A stretch of DNA of 64,000 bases from Nemertoderma westbladi (Eukaryota; Animalia; Xenacoelomorpha): assembly GCA_032718475.1 (NCBI GenBank), contig JAUCBJ010009092.1:184337-248336 (forward strand), read 5' to 3'. Made by a program: the position numbers and the translations under genes. Position 1 is the first letter of the stretch. Each line of letters begins with the position of its first letter. Positions 39,501 through 52,788 of this stretch are shown piece after piece. The notes beneath the pieces were generated by a model, which was not told where the DNA came from, did no database searches, and saw only the letters and a program-made list of their open reading frames with translations.

Positions 39501-42500
39501 AAACTGGTTAACAGCACTACAAACTGGTGAACAGAACTACAAACTGGTGAACAGCACTACAAACTGGTGAACAGCACTACAAACTGGTGAACAGCACTAC
39601 AAACTGGTGAACAGCTCTACAAACTGGTGAACAGCACTATAAACTGGTTAACAGCACAGCACTACAAACTGGTGAACAGCACTATAAACTGGTGAACAGC
39701 ACTATAAACTGGTTAACAGCACTACAAACTGGTGAACAGCACTACAAACTGGTGAACAGCACTACAAACTGGTGAACAGCACTACAAACTGGTGAACAGC
39801 ACTACAAACTGGTGAACAACACTACAAACTGGTGAACAGCTCTACAAACTGGTGAACAGCACTATAAACTGGTTAACAGCACTATAAACTGGTTAACAGC
39901 ACAGCACTACAAACTGGTGAACAGCACTATAAACTTGTGAACAGCACTACAAACTGGTTAACAGCTCTACAAACTGTTTAACAGCTCTACAAACTGGTGA
40001 ACAGCACTATAAACTGGTTAACAGCACTATAAACTGGTTAACAGCACAGCACTACAAACTGGTGAACAGCACTATAAACTTGTGAACAGCACTACAAACT
40101 GGTTAACAGCACTATAAACTGGTGAACAGCACTACAAACTTGTGAACAGCACTACAAACTGGTTAACAGCTCTACAAACTGGTTAACAGCTCTACAAACT
40201 GGTGAACAGCACTATAAACTGGTTAACAGCACTATAAACTGGTTAACAGCACAGCACTACAAACTGGTGAACAGCACTATAAACTTGTGAACAGCACTAC
40301 AAACTGGTTAACAGCACTATAAACTGGTGAACAGCACTACAAACTTGTGAACAGCACTACAAACTGGTTAACAGCTCTACAAACTGGTTAACAGCTCTAC
40401 AAACTGGTGAACAGCACTATAAACTGGTTAACAGCACTATAAACTGGTTAACAGCACAGCACTACAAACTGGTGAACAGCACTACAAACTGGTGAACAGC
40501 ACTACAAACTGGTTAACAGCTCTACAAACTGGTGAACAGCACTATAAACTGGTGAACAGCACTACAAACTGGTGAACAGCACTACAAACTTGTGAACAGC
40601 ACTACAAACTGGTGAACAGCACTACAAACTGGTGAACAGCACTACAAACTGGTTAACAGCACAGCACTACAAACTGGTGAACAGAACTACAAACTGGTGA
40701 ACAGCACTACAAACTGGTGAACAGCACTACAAACTGGTGAACAGCACTACAAACTGGTGAACAGCTCTACAAACTGGTGAACAGCACTATAAACTGGTTA
40801 ACAGCACAGCACTACAAACTGGTGAACAGCACTATAAACTGGTGAACAGCACTATAAACTGGTTAACAGCACTACAAACTGGTGAACAGCACTATAAACT
40901 GGTGAACAGCTCTACAAACTGGTGAACAGCACTACAAACTGGTGAACAGCACTACAAACTGGTTAACAGCACTACAAACTGGTGAACAGAACTACAAACT
41001 GGTGAACAGCACTACAAACTGGTGAACAGCACTACAAACTGGTGAACAGCACTACAAACTGGTGAACAGCTCTACAAACTGGTGAACAGCACTATAAACT
41101 GGTTAACAGCACAGCACTACAAACTGGTGAACAGCACTATAAACTGGTGAACAGCACTATAAACTGGTTAACAGCACTACAAACTGGTGAACAGCACTAT
41201 AAACTGGTGAACAGCTCTACAAACTGGTGAACAGCTCTACAAACTTGTGAACAGCACTACAAACTGGTGAACAGCACTACAAACTGGTGAACAACACTAC
41301 AAACTGGTGAACAGCACTACAAACTGGTTAACAGCACTACAAACTGGTGAACAGCACTACAAACTGGTGAACAGCACTACAAACTGGTGAACAGCACTAT
41401 AAACTGGTTAACAGCACAGCACTACAAACTGGTGAACAGCACTATAAACTGGTTAACAGCACAGCACTACAAACTGGTGAACAACACTACAAACTGGTGA
41501 ACAGCACTACAAACTGGTGAACAGCACTACAAACTGGTGAACAGCACTACAAACTGGTGAACAGCACTATAAACTGGTTAACAGCACTACAAACTGGTTA
41601 ACAGCACTACAAACTGGTGAACAGCACTACAAACTGGTGAACAGCACTACAAACTGGTGAACAGCACTATAAACTGGTTAACAGCACAGCACTACAAACT
41701 GGTGAACAACACTACAAACTGGTGAACAGCACTACAAACTGGTGAACAGCACTACAAACTGGTGAACAGCACTACAAACTGGTGAACAGCACTATAAACT
41801 GGTTAACAGCACTACAAACTGGTTAACAGCACTACAAACTGGTGAACAGCACTACAAACTGGTGAACAGCTCTACAAACTGGTGAACAGCACTATAAACT
41901 GGTTAACAGCACAGCACTACAAACTGGTGAACAGCACTACAAACTGGTGAACAGCACTACAAACTGGTGAACAGCACTATAAACTGGTGAACAGCACTAC
42001 AAACTGGTGAACAGCACTACAAACTGGCGAACAACACTACAAACTGGTGAACAGCACTACAAACTGGTGAACAGCACTACAAACTGGTGAACAGCACTAC
42101 AAACTGGTGAACAGCACTATAAACTGGTGAACAGCACTACAAACTGGTGAACAGCACTACAAACTGGTGAACAGCACTACAAACTGGTGAACAGCACTAT
42201 AAACTGGTGAACAGCACTACAAACTGGTGAACAGCACTACAAACTGGCGAACAACACTACAAACTGGTGAACAGCACTACAAACTGGTGAACAGCACTAC
42301 AAACTGGTGAACAGCACTATAAACTGGTGAACAGCTCTACAAACTGGTGAACAGCACTACAAACTGGTGAACAGCACTACAAACTGGTGAACAACACTAC
42401 AAACTGGTGAACAGCACTACAAACTGGTTAACAGCACTACAAACTGGTGAACAGCACTACAAACTGGTGAACAGCACTACAAACTGGTGAACAGCACTAT

Positions 42501-42859
42501 AAACTGGTTAACAGCACAGTACTACAAACTGGTGAACAGCACTATAAACTGGTTAACAGCACAGCACTACAAACTGGTGAACAACACTACAAACTGGTGA
42601 ACAGCACTACAAACTGGTGAACAGCACTACAAACTGGTGAACAGCACTACAAACTGGTGAACAGCACTATAAACTGGTTAACAGCACTACAAATTGGTTA
42701 ACAGCACTACAAACTGGTTAACAGCACTACAAACTGGTGAACACCACTACAAACTTGTGAACAGCACTACAAACTGGTGAACAGCACTACAAACTGGTGA
42801 ACAGCACTACAAACTGGTTAACAGCACTATAAACTGGTGAATAGCACTACAAACTTGTG
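33518..42859. repeat. 20-bp satellite (CACTACAAACTGGTGAACAG)n, ~9.3 kb, ~460 units, with 25-bp variants
   Basis: Unit read directly. Recurrent variants are TAT/TAC, GTT/GTG, CTC/CAC and an extra CACAG. Confidence 0.98.
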
Positions 42860-43154
42860 CCATTCACATTTCAGCTTAAAGTAAAGTTAATAAACGGGTT
42901 CCGACCGTTCCGTATATATTTTGTAATGTATGCGTATGCAGAGCGCGGTTGCATTTGTTATACAATTACATTATTTTAAACAGCTAATTTACTTCAGTCC
43001 GTAAATCGTTCGAACGATCATTTGGGTCTTCACTCTAACCGTCAAACTGACGTTAATTAGGCCAACGTTTGGACCAATTTTGCTCTAATTATAAAAATAA
43101 AATTAGAACTGAAAATTACTTTATTTTGTAAATTGATCGCAATTGTTTGTAAAT

Positions 43155-43424
43155 ATGAAAGTTCTTACGTCTGTTTATATGCCGGACCCCAGTGAACTTT
43201 ACAGACCAATTGTTAACGAGGAAGAAGTGACTGGAGAGTCTAAGGATGAATTCCGCCAGTACGAGGAGAATTCCAGTAATGATTGGTTGAGGGTCGTAAA
43301 ACGGACCTACTACACAATGCACACTAATCAGACGGTAGACTTTGTTAAGTCAATGAGGGAGAAATACGGGATGTTAAACCACTCGAAGCTGACTGTAATG
43401 GAAGCTCTTGAGGAACTCAACAAG
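43155..43424 (+). CDS. MIOX: Myo-inositol oxygenase, coding exon 1 (90 codons, phase-0 donor)
   Basis: DPSELYRP...FRQYE...RVVKRTYYTMHTNQTVDFVKSMREKY...TVMEALEELNK is the MIOX N-terminus. Donor AAG|GTAAAA at 43424/43425. Confidence 0.92.
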
Positions 43425-43671
43425 GTAAAATGTCGAAAAATAAATATTGAAATTTTGACCTAGTTGGTTGTTTTTTTTTGTTAAAACTATGCTTATTTAT
43501 TACACAGTAACAGTTCTATTAACAGCAACGTACTGTAGATATTGCACGTCATATGGGATCAATTTCATTCCGCCAGATGGATCTGATAGCATTTAGTGGG
43601 AAACATTGAAGTTTATCAACTTTTCAATGATTTGTATTTTAATTCAATGGATTTAATTAACATTTATGGTA

Positions 43672-46600
43672 TTACTACTACTACTAGGATCGGCATGCTG
43701 CATTGCAGCTGCATTTTTAAGAATGCTGTGCCCGCTTGTCGACAAAATTGCGCCGCCAGAACACCCTATCACCCATGACATTTGCTAGATCATCCGCGTC
43801 TTCAAGGCCAGTGTCCTTTAAGATGCGTCTCAAGAAAGTCATGGGCTGTCCACCATGCTTATTCACTCCATGAGGCTGCAAAGTACAAGATTATGCACTG
43901 GCTGGTCCTCACGGCGAAATCAATATCCTGCAAAGCGGAGGCGACTTTGTTCTAGTGTCAAGCTTGGGGGAACCAATGAGACACCTCCAATGTTATATAG
44001 TGTCTGGTTGGAGATGTGTGCATTTTACTTGACACAATGAACCCGGCGTAGCATTCTTGTGAATGTGCCATCCAGAGATTTGGTGTCCTCAGCAGTTAGA
44101 GCCCAGCATGGACTCCCATAGAGGCGTACTGGAACTCTAAATAATCGGACCTTAAGTTCCCGATTAATTCTCGGTGACTTCCAAATCCTGGAAAGCCTAT
44201 TCAAGGCTGCCCATGCCTTTCCCTTACGTATTCGAAGGTCCTCACCTGACTTCCGGATCCATGATCCCAGGTAACAGAAGTCGTCCACATGCTCAAGCAT
44301 ACCATCCTTTGAGTTTATGCTCATCCTATCAGAGACTTGCTGATGACTTTCAAAGTTAACTGTCAAAACTTTGGTCTTTCTGGAGTTAATAAAAAGACCA
44401 ACACTAGAAGCAGCATGTTCTAATGAGCTGAGGAGCCGTTGGGCTCCCTCTAGTGATTCTGAGAGTACTCCTAAGTCATCAGCAAAGTCTAGATCAGTTA
44501 GGTACTTGGCAGGATTTCCTCGACTTCTGGAGCCAGTAGGTGGAGTTATCATCACTCCATCATCATTATGATGATCTAAGGACATGCGTAGAACATAGTC
44601 AACCACAATTATGAACAAGAATGGTGCAAGTGTGTCTCCCTGGAGGACGCCCCATAACATTTCAAATGGTTCTGTGTCACCGTCAACAGTAGACACAAAT
44701 GTTGTCGAACCATCGTATACTGATCTGATTGCTGCAATAATTTCATCAGGAATCCCATATAATGAAAGTATGATGAACATAAGTGAGCGAGAGACTGAAT
44801 CAAAGGCCTTGAAGAAGTCAACAAAGATAACAGCCAGATGCCTGTCTTTCTTTTTTGATAACTCTTAAATTATCCTTCTAAGTGACAAAATGGGCTCCAT
44901 GGTCCCACGACCTTTACGGAACCCATTCTGATTTCCACGTAGCAGTCTCTCAATGGGATCCCTGATGCGATTTAATATAATTCTATTGTATAGCTTTGCA
45001 GCAATCGAAATCAATGAGATTTCCCGAAAAGAACCATATAGTGTTAGGTTGCTCTTATTGGGAACTGGCACCAACTTATTTGTTTTTATTTCTTGTGAGA
45101 CTCTTGTTGTTCAGTACATGTCTACTATGATGGGATAGATAGCTTTAAACACTCAGGTATTTTAAAGACCTCAGGGGGAACACCACTAACTCCACTGGCA
45201 CGATTGGTCTTAATGCTCTTTGCAGCAGCTTTCACTTCCGCAAAGGAGATATCGCCAATGCGAATATCTGGGTGTACAGTAGGGCGGTGCGTTTTTTACT
45301 TTTTTTCGATTTCATTGTTCTACCGGTGCACAAAAGTTGCCAAATGGTACAAAAATAAAGCAAAAAAAATTTCTTTAAATTTCGTCTATATCTTCACGGA
45401 TCCCAAGAGGGTTGAAATTTTGTGCCATTGCGATGCACCATAATGAAATTTATAACAATATAACACATTGATGAAAGATCAATGACTCAAAAAAGAACTT
45501 CCTGCATGCATCAAATGTCATCAAGTGGGTCCAAACTTAGTTAGATACCAAAATTTTAATTTTTGGATCAAGGGAAGTTGTGCCACAGGCACATGACCAG
45601 AACCTACTCTTTGGCGCAAGTGATGATTATTCTCAATTTTGGTGATGGACAACTTTTAGTTCTCCTACGGCATTATTATTATGCTCATTAGAACCGCAAT
45701 GACCGACTTAGTGGGGGTAGACACCATCAAAACAAGCATAGAGCAAATAGTTCTTGAGATATTACAGAAAATGTTAAGTGCGGCACAAGTCTACACTACC
45801 GCCTTGATGCGATATGGACAAATACACAAAAATGTTACTTCTAATTATCTTAAGGCATCAAAAATATACACATCACTGCAACAAATTGATTTAGTTTATA
45901 CAGAGACCTTCAAAATTAAAGAATAGTACATAATTCACTATAGATTTTGTACAAAATGTGTGGAATGGGTCAACTCAATATCAAGTAGTAATTGGTGGAC
46001 GTAGTCTTGACATTTTGTAAAATAACTCAAGAACTAATGACTCTACTCTTATTTTGAAGGTGTCTTCACCCACTATATCGATCATTTCTGTGATGTGTCT
46101 ATTTTTTGATTCCTTGAGATAATTCAAAATATCATTTATTGTGTATTTGTCCATATCACATCAAGGCGGTAATATAGACTTGTGCCGTACTTCATATTTT
46201 CTGCGATATCTCAAGAACTATTCGCTCTACGTTTGTTTTGAAGGTGTCTACCCCCACTAAATCGGCCATTGCGGTTCTAATGAGCATAATATGAATGCAG
46301 TAGGAGAATTCAAAGTTGGCCATCGCGAAAATTGAGAATAATCATCATTTGTGCCAAATGGTAGGTTCTGGCCATGTGCCTGTGGCACTAGTTCCCTTGA
46401 CCCGAAAGTTAAAATTTTGGTATCTAACTAAGTTTGGACCCATTTGATGACATTTGATGCATGCAGGAAGTTCTTTTTTGAGTCAATGATCTTTCATCAA
46501 TGTGTTATATTGTTATACATTTCATTATGGTGCATCGCAATGGCACAAAATTTCAACCCTCTTGGGATCCGTGAAGATATAGATGAAATTGAAGGAAATT

Positions 46601-47085
46601 TTTTTTGCCTTATTTTTTTACCATTTGGCAACTTTTGTGCACCGGTAGAACAATGAAATCGAAAAAAAGTAAAAAACGCACCGCCCTAGTGTACAGACTC
46701 AGACACTTTTACTTCTATAAAGTTATCAGGCAATACCCTGTCATTATTGAGGAGCTTTTCAAAGTGGGCCTTCCAACCATTGAGGCGATCGGCTGGTGAT
46801 TCAGCCTTAACCTTGGTGGTTGGTTGGCTTTTCCGCCCAGTAAGCAAATTGATCGATTTCCATGCCTGGGATGATTGCCTGCTGTCGTCAGCATCATTAA
46901 TGGCATCAACCTGTTGGTTTATTAGCTCCTGTAGATGAACAGAGTACTGCCTGTTCAGGGACCTAGATGCAGCCTTAACTGCATTCTTGGCCGCTGTAGT
47001 CTGTTTGAGTCAGGACTCTTTCTGCGCATTGTAGAGGTCATTTCGGCACTTCTGAATTTTGTTGTCAGTTTGTGGAATTGCGATG
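43672..47085 (-). mobile_element. 5'-truncated, decayed RTE-like LINE in the MIOX intron (antisense), interrupted at 45280-46688
   Basis: RT motifs FREISLISIAAKLYNRIILNRI, NQNGFRKGRGT, FVDFFKAFDSV, GVLQGDTLAPFLF, DLDFADDL, DFCYLGSWI, with stops and frameshifts. A (TAG)n tail is at 43672-43686. The reading frame WKAHFEKLL...VSES|VHPDIRIGDISFAEV continues across the insertion. Confidence 0.92.
45280..46688. mobile_element. 1409-bp non-autonomous foldback-type hAT element with ~560-bp inverted arms
   Basis: Termini are TAGGGCGGTGCGTTTTTTAC...GTAAAAAACGCACCGCCCTA, with a perfect 8-bp TSD GTGTACAG (45272-45279, 46689-46696). Arms ~45280-45840 and ~46130-46688 are reverse complements with scattered mismatches. 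Confidence 0.93.
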
Positions 47086-47227
47086 TGTTAAAATTCCAAA
47101 ATCAACGTCAAATCTGAATTACCAATGACAGACCACGACTTCCGATTTCAGCTAAAAGCCGTCTTTTTCAATATTATTCAATTTTTTACAGGCAAACAAC
47201 TGAAAAACCCCAATTGTGTTTGTTATA

Positions 47228-50200
47228 GTTAACAGACTGAACACATAGTGGCACTGGTAACAAAAAGGTTAATTGAGTCTATTTGTTAACAGACTGAACA
47301 CAGTGGCACTGGTAACGAAAAGGTTAATTGAGTTTATTTGTTAACAGACTGAATACAGTGGCACTGGTAACAAAAAGGTTAATTGGGTTTATTTGTTAAC
47401 AGACTGAACACAGTGGCACTGGTAACAAAAAGGTTAAGTGAGTTTATTTGTTAACAGACTGAACACATAGTGGCACTGGTAACAAAAAGGTTAATTGAGT
47501 TTATTTCTTAACAGACTGAACACATAGTAGTGGCACTGGTAACAAAAAGGTTAATTGGGTTTATTTATTAACAGACTGAACACATAGTGGCACTGGTAAC
47601 AAAAAGGTTAATTGGGTTTATTTGTTAACAGACTGAACACAGTGGCACTGGTAACAAAAAGGTGAATTGAGTTTATTTGTTAACAGACTGAACACATAGT
47701 GGCACTGGTAACAAAAAGGTTAATTGGGTTTATTTGTTAACAGACTGAACACATAGTGGCACTGGTAACAGAAAGGTTAAGTGAGTTTATTTGTTAACAG
47801 ACTGAACACATAGTGGCACTGGTAACAAAAATGTTAATTGGGTTTATTTGTTAACAGACTGAACACAGTGGCACTGGTAACAAAAAGGTTAAGTGAGTTT
47901 ATTTGTTAACAGACTGAACACATAGTGGCACTGGTAACAAAAAGGTTAATTGGGTTTATTTGTTAACAGACTGAACACATAGTGGCACTGGTAACAAAAA
48001 GGTTAATTGGGTTTATTTGTTAACAGACTGAACACATAGTGGCACTGGTAACAAAAAGGTTAATTGGGTTTATTTGTTAACAGACTGAACACAGTGGCAC
48101 TGGTAACAAAAAGGTTAAGTGAGTTTATTTGTTAACAGACTGAACACATAGTGGCACTGGTAACAAAAAGGTTAATTGGGTTTATTTGTTAACAGACTGA
48201 ACACATAGTGGCACTGGTAACAAAAAGGTTAATTGGGTTTATTTGTTAACAGACTGAACACATAGTGGCACTGGTAACAGAAAGGTTAAGTGAGTTTATT
48301 TGTTAACAGACTGAACACATAGTGGCACTGGTAACAAAAAGGTTAATTGGGTTTATTTGTTAACAGACTGAACACATAGTGGCACTGGTAACAAAAAGGT
48401 CAATTGGGTTTATTTATTAACAGACTGAACACATAGTGGCACTGGTAACAAAAAGGTTAATTGGGTTTATTTGTTAACAGACTGAACACATAGTGGCACT
48501 GGTAACAAAAAGGTTAATTGGGTTTATTTGTTAACAGGCTAAACACATAGTGGCACTGGTAACAAACAGGTTAATTGGGTTTATTTCTTAACACAGACTG
48601 AACACAGTGGCACTGGTAACAAAAAGGTTAATTGGGTTTATTTGTTAACAGACTGAACACAGTGGCACTGGTGACAAAAAGGTTAAGTGAGTTTATTTGT
48701 TAACAGACTGAACACATAGTGGCACTGGTAACAAAAAGGTTAATTGGGTTTATTTGTTAACAGACTGAACACAGTGGCACTGGTGACAAAAAGGTTAAGT
48801 GAGTTTATTTGTTAACAGACTGAACACAGTGGCACTAGTAACAAAAAGGTTAATTGGGTTTATTTGTTAACAGACTGAACACATAGTGGCACTGGTAACG
48901 AAAAGGTTAATTGGGTTTATTTCTTAACACAGACTGAACACAGTGGCACTGGTAACAAAAAGGTTAATTGGGTTTATTTGTTAACAGACTGAACACAGTG
49001 GCACTGGTAACAAAAAGGTTAAGTGAGTTTATTTGTTAACAGACTGAACACTTAGTCGCACTGGTAACAAAAAGGTTAATTGGGTTTATTTGTTAACAGA
49101 CTGAACACAGTGGCACTGGTAACAAAAAGGTTAAGTGAGTTTATTTGTTAACAGACTGAACACTTAGTCGCACTGGTAACAAAAAGGTTAATTGGGTTTA
49201 TTTGTTAACAGACTGAACACATAGTGGCACTGGTAACAAAAAGGTTAATTGGGTTTATTTGTTAACAGACTGAACACAGTGGCACTAGTAACAAAAAGGT
49301 TAATTGGGTTTATTTGTTAACAGACTGAACACATAGTGGCACTGGTAACAGAAAGGTTAATTGGGTTTATTTGTTAACAGACTGAACACAGTGGCACTAG
49401 TAACAAAAAGGTTACTTGGGTTTATTTGTTAACAGACTGAACACATAGTGGCACTGGTAACAAAAAGGTTAATTGAGTTTATTTGTTAACAGACTGAACA
49501 CAGTGGCACTGGTAACAAAAAGGTTAATTGGGTTTATTTGTTAACAGACTGAACACAGTGGCACTAGTAACAAAAAGGTTACTTGGGTTTATTTGTTAAC
49601 AGACTGAACACATTGTGGCACTGGTAACAAAAAGGTTAATTGGGTTTATTTCTTAACACAGACTGAACACAGTGGCACTGGTAACAAAAAGGTTAATTGG
49701 GTTTATTTGTTAACAGACTTAACACAGTGGCACTGGTAACAAAAAGGTTAAGTGAGTTTATTTGTTAACAGACTGAACACTTAGTCGCACTGGTAACAAA
49801 AAGGTTAATTGGGTTTATTTGTTAACAGACTGAACACATAGTGGCACTGGTAACAAAAAGGTTAATTGGGTTTATTTGTTAACAGACTGAACACAGTGGC
49901 ACTAGTAACAAAAAGGTTAATTGGGTTTATTTGTTAACAGACTGAACACATAGTGGCACTGGTAACAGAAAGGTTAATTGGGTTTATTTGTTAACAGACT
50001 GAACACAGTGGCACTAGTAACAAAAAGGTTACTTGGGTTTATTTGTTAACAGACTGAACACATAGTGGCACTGGTAACAAAAAGGTTAATTGGGTTTATT
50101 TGTTAACAGACTGAACACATAGTGGCACTGGTAACAAACAGGTCAATTGGGTTTATTTATTAACAGACTGAACACATAGTGGCACTGGTAACAAAAAGGT

Positions 50201-51044
50201 TAATTGGGTTTATTTGTTAACAGACTGAACACATAGTGGCACTGGTAACAAAAAGGTTAATTGGGTTTATTTGTTAACAGGCTAAACACATAGTGGCACT
50301 GGTAACAAAAAGGTTAATTGGGTTTATTTGTTAACAGACTGAACACAGTGGCACTAGTAACAAAAAGGTTACTTGGGTTTATTTGTTAACAGACTGAACA
50401 CATAGTGGCACTGGTAACAAAAAGGTTAATTGAGTTTATTTGTTAACAGACTGAACACAGTGGCACTAGTAACAAAAAGGTTAATTGGGTTTATTTGTTA
50501 ACAGACTGAACACAGTGGCACTGGTAACAAAAAGGTTACTTGGGTTTATTTGTTAACAGACTGAACATAGTGGCACTGGTAACAAAAAGGTTAATTGGGT
50601 TTATTTGTTAACAGACTGAACACAGTGGCACTAGTAACAAAAAGGTTACTTGGGTTTATTTGTTAACAGACTGAACACATAGTGGCACTGGTAACAAAAA
50701 GGTTAATTGAGTTTATTTGTTAACAGACTGAACACAGTGGCACTGGTAACAAAAAGGTTAATTGGGTTTATTTGTTAACAGACTGAACACAGTGGCACTA
50801 GTAACAAAAAGGTTACTTGGGTTTATTTGTTAACAGACTGAACACATAGTGGCACTGGTAACAAAAAGGTTAATTGAGTTTATTTGTTAACAGACTGAAC
50901 ACAGTGGCACTAGTAACAAAAAGGTTACTTGGGTTTATTTGTTAACAGACTGAACACATAGTGGCACTGGTAACAGAAAGGTTAAGTGAGTTTATTTGTT
51001 AACAGACTGAACACATAGTGGCACTGGTAACAGAAAGGTTAATT
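47228..51044. repeat. 55/57-bp tandem repeat (GTTAACAGACTGAACACATAGTGGCACTGGTAACAAAAAGGTTAATTGGGTTTATTT)n, ~68 units, intronic
   Basis: Unit read directly; a 2-bp indel variant is common. Confidence 0.97.
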
Positions 51045-51455
51045 AAGTTTTCATTGCTGATGATATGAACAATACGTTGATTACTGAGTGGTATTTGCTA
51101 CTGGTATTAGCATATTAATTTGGTTCGGTTGTACTGAGTACAGACTCGAAATATAATTCAATTTCCTACAGCCTAATTATTCCTTCCTTACAGCTAAAAT
51201 CCACAGATAAATACACCTATGGAAGCTGGAAATGTAGCAGCACCTGGATACCAAGTGGACGATGGGGGATGGATTTGGATTTTCTTCGATTAGAGCGGAC
51301 GTTTTCAATTCATGAAACACACTAATTTATTATAACCTTTCATTATAATTGCTAATTGCCACAGCCAATATACCGCATTCACAGAACCTTCAATTACCAA
51401 TTAATTAATATAATCCAAATTAAATATAAAGGTAAGATTGTTAGCGCGATCCGCT

Positions 51456-51560
51456 TTGCTAAATCCTTATAAAGGGGTTCGTTGCTAAATCCTTATGAAG
51501 GGGTTCGTTGCTAAATCCTTATAAAGGGGTTCGTTGCTAAATCCTTATAAAGGGGTTCGT
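51456..51560. repeat. 26-bp tandem repeat x4 (TTGCTAAATCCTTATAAAGGGGTTCG)
   Basis: Four adjacent copies with one substitution. Confidence 0.95.
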
Positions 51561-51797
51561 TTTCAATGATTTGGTTATATCAATTGGTTTTACTCGCATA
51601 TTGGGTATTATTGGTCGGATGCTAAATGTTCCGGGATTTTTATTCACTATTTAACATTAATATTAATTAAAACAGCGAAGTTTGTAAAATAATACTCTAT
51701 AATATTAATATTAATTAAATTTCTATGTAAATTTCAATTTAAATGTATAGCATGATCGATCACTAATTGTTATTACCATCTCTCTGTGCCGGTTTAG

Positions 51798-52430
51798 GTT
51801 GTGGACGAATCCGACCCGGATGTCGCCATACCCAACATCTACCACGCCTTCCAGACGGCCGAGCGAATACGAGCCGCCCACCCGGACCTCGGATGGTTCC
51901 ACCTCGTGGGACTCATCCACGATCTCGGAAAGATCCTCGCGGTCTTCGGGGAGCCGCAATGGGCCGTGGTGGGCGACACTTACCCAGTGGGCTGTGCGCC
52001 GGCGCCCTCCGTAGTGTTCGGCAGGAGAAGTTTCATCGACTGTCCCGATATGCCGCAGTATTACCCCCTGAACGATTCCTCGCTAGAGGGCGAGCTCTTG
52101 GGGGTCTACTCGCCTCATTGCGGTTTGGATGACGTACTTATGTCCTACGGCCACGACGAGTATATGTACAACGTGTTGGTAGGCAACGGATGCACCCTGC
52201 CAGAGGAAGGACTGCGGATGGTCCGGTACCATTCGTTCTACCCGTGGCACACCGGTAAGGATTACAGTTACTTGACCAACGATAAAGACGATACCATGTT
52301 GCCATGGGTACAGGAGTTTAACCAATTCGACTTGTACTCTAAAGGGGACGATCTACCTGATATTGAGGAAGTTAAACCTTATTACGAAGAACTTATAAAC
52401 AGCTACTGTCCCGGAATACTGCGATTCTAG
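51798..52430 (+). CDS. MIOX: Myo-inositol oxygenase, coding exon 2
   Basis: VDESDPD, HAFQTAE, GLIHDLGK, PQWAVVGDTYPVGC, SYGHDEYMY, RYHSFYPWH and FDLYSK are the HD-type di-iron ligands and substrate motifs of MIOX, all intact. Confidence 0.97.
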   Translation, partial: VVDESDPDVAIPNIYHAFQTAERIRAAHPDLGWFHLVGLIHDLGKILAVFGEPQWAVVGDTYPVGCAPAPSVVFGRRSFIDCPDMPQYYPLNDSSLEGELLGVYSPHCGLDDVLMSYGHDEYMYNVLVGNGCTLPEEGLRMVRYHSFYPWHTGKDYSYLTNDKDDTMLPWVQEFNQFDLYSKGDDLPDIEEVKPYYEELINSYCPGILRF

Positions 52431-52788
52431 ATGATTTAACTTTTTTATTCCTATCTTTTTTATAATACTGCGCAGTACGCCCAAATACAGGGACAACATA
52501 GTCTTATGATTTTACAATCAATATATTATTTAAAGTATTTGGGTCGGGTTGTGTTTTACAGAACATCTATTTCTTATCCTACTTATTTATTTTAACCTGG
52601 TGCACAAAAAATAAAAACAGAAATTTACAAATACGTCCATCTGTCATATATATATAAAATATTATATTGTATTGTAGAAATACTTTTATATTTAATATCC
52701 ATGTACTGTATGAAAATGAATATTATAGGACAGATTCTATCAGACATTGTACATTTTAGTTTTGTATAATACATGATGTATGTATGTA

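Larger units (their letters stand above)
43425..51797 (+). other. MIOX intron, 8373 bp, GT-AG
   Basis: GTAAAA donor, CACTAAT branch-like site at 51761 and TTTAG acceptor. Splicing joins ALEELNK|VVDESDPD in frame, giving a 300-aa protein. Confidence 0.9.

Noticed and set aside
43143-43463. ORFs 43143-43463 and 51801-52430 as two separate genes
   Set aside because: They are the two exons of one MIOX gene, joined in frame by a canonical GT-AG intron.
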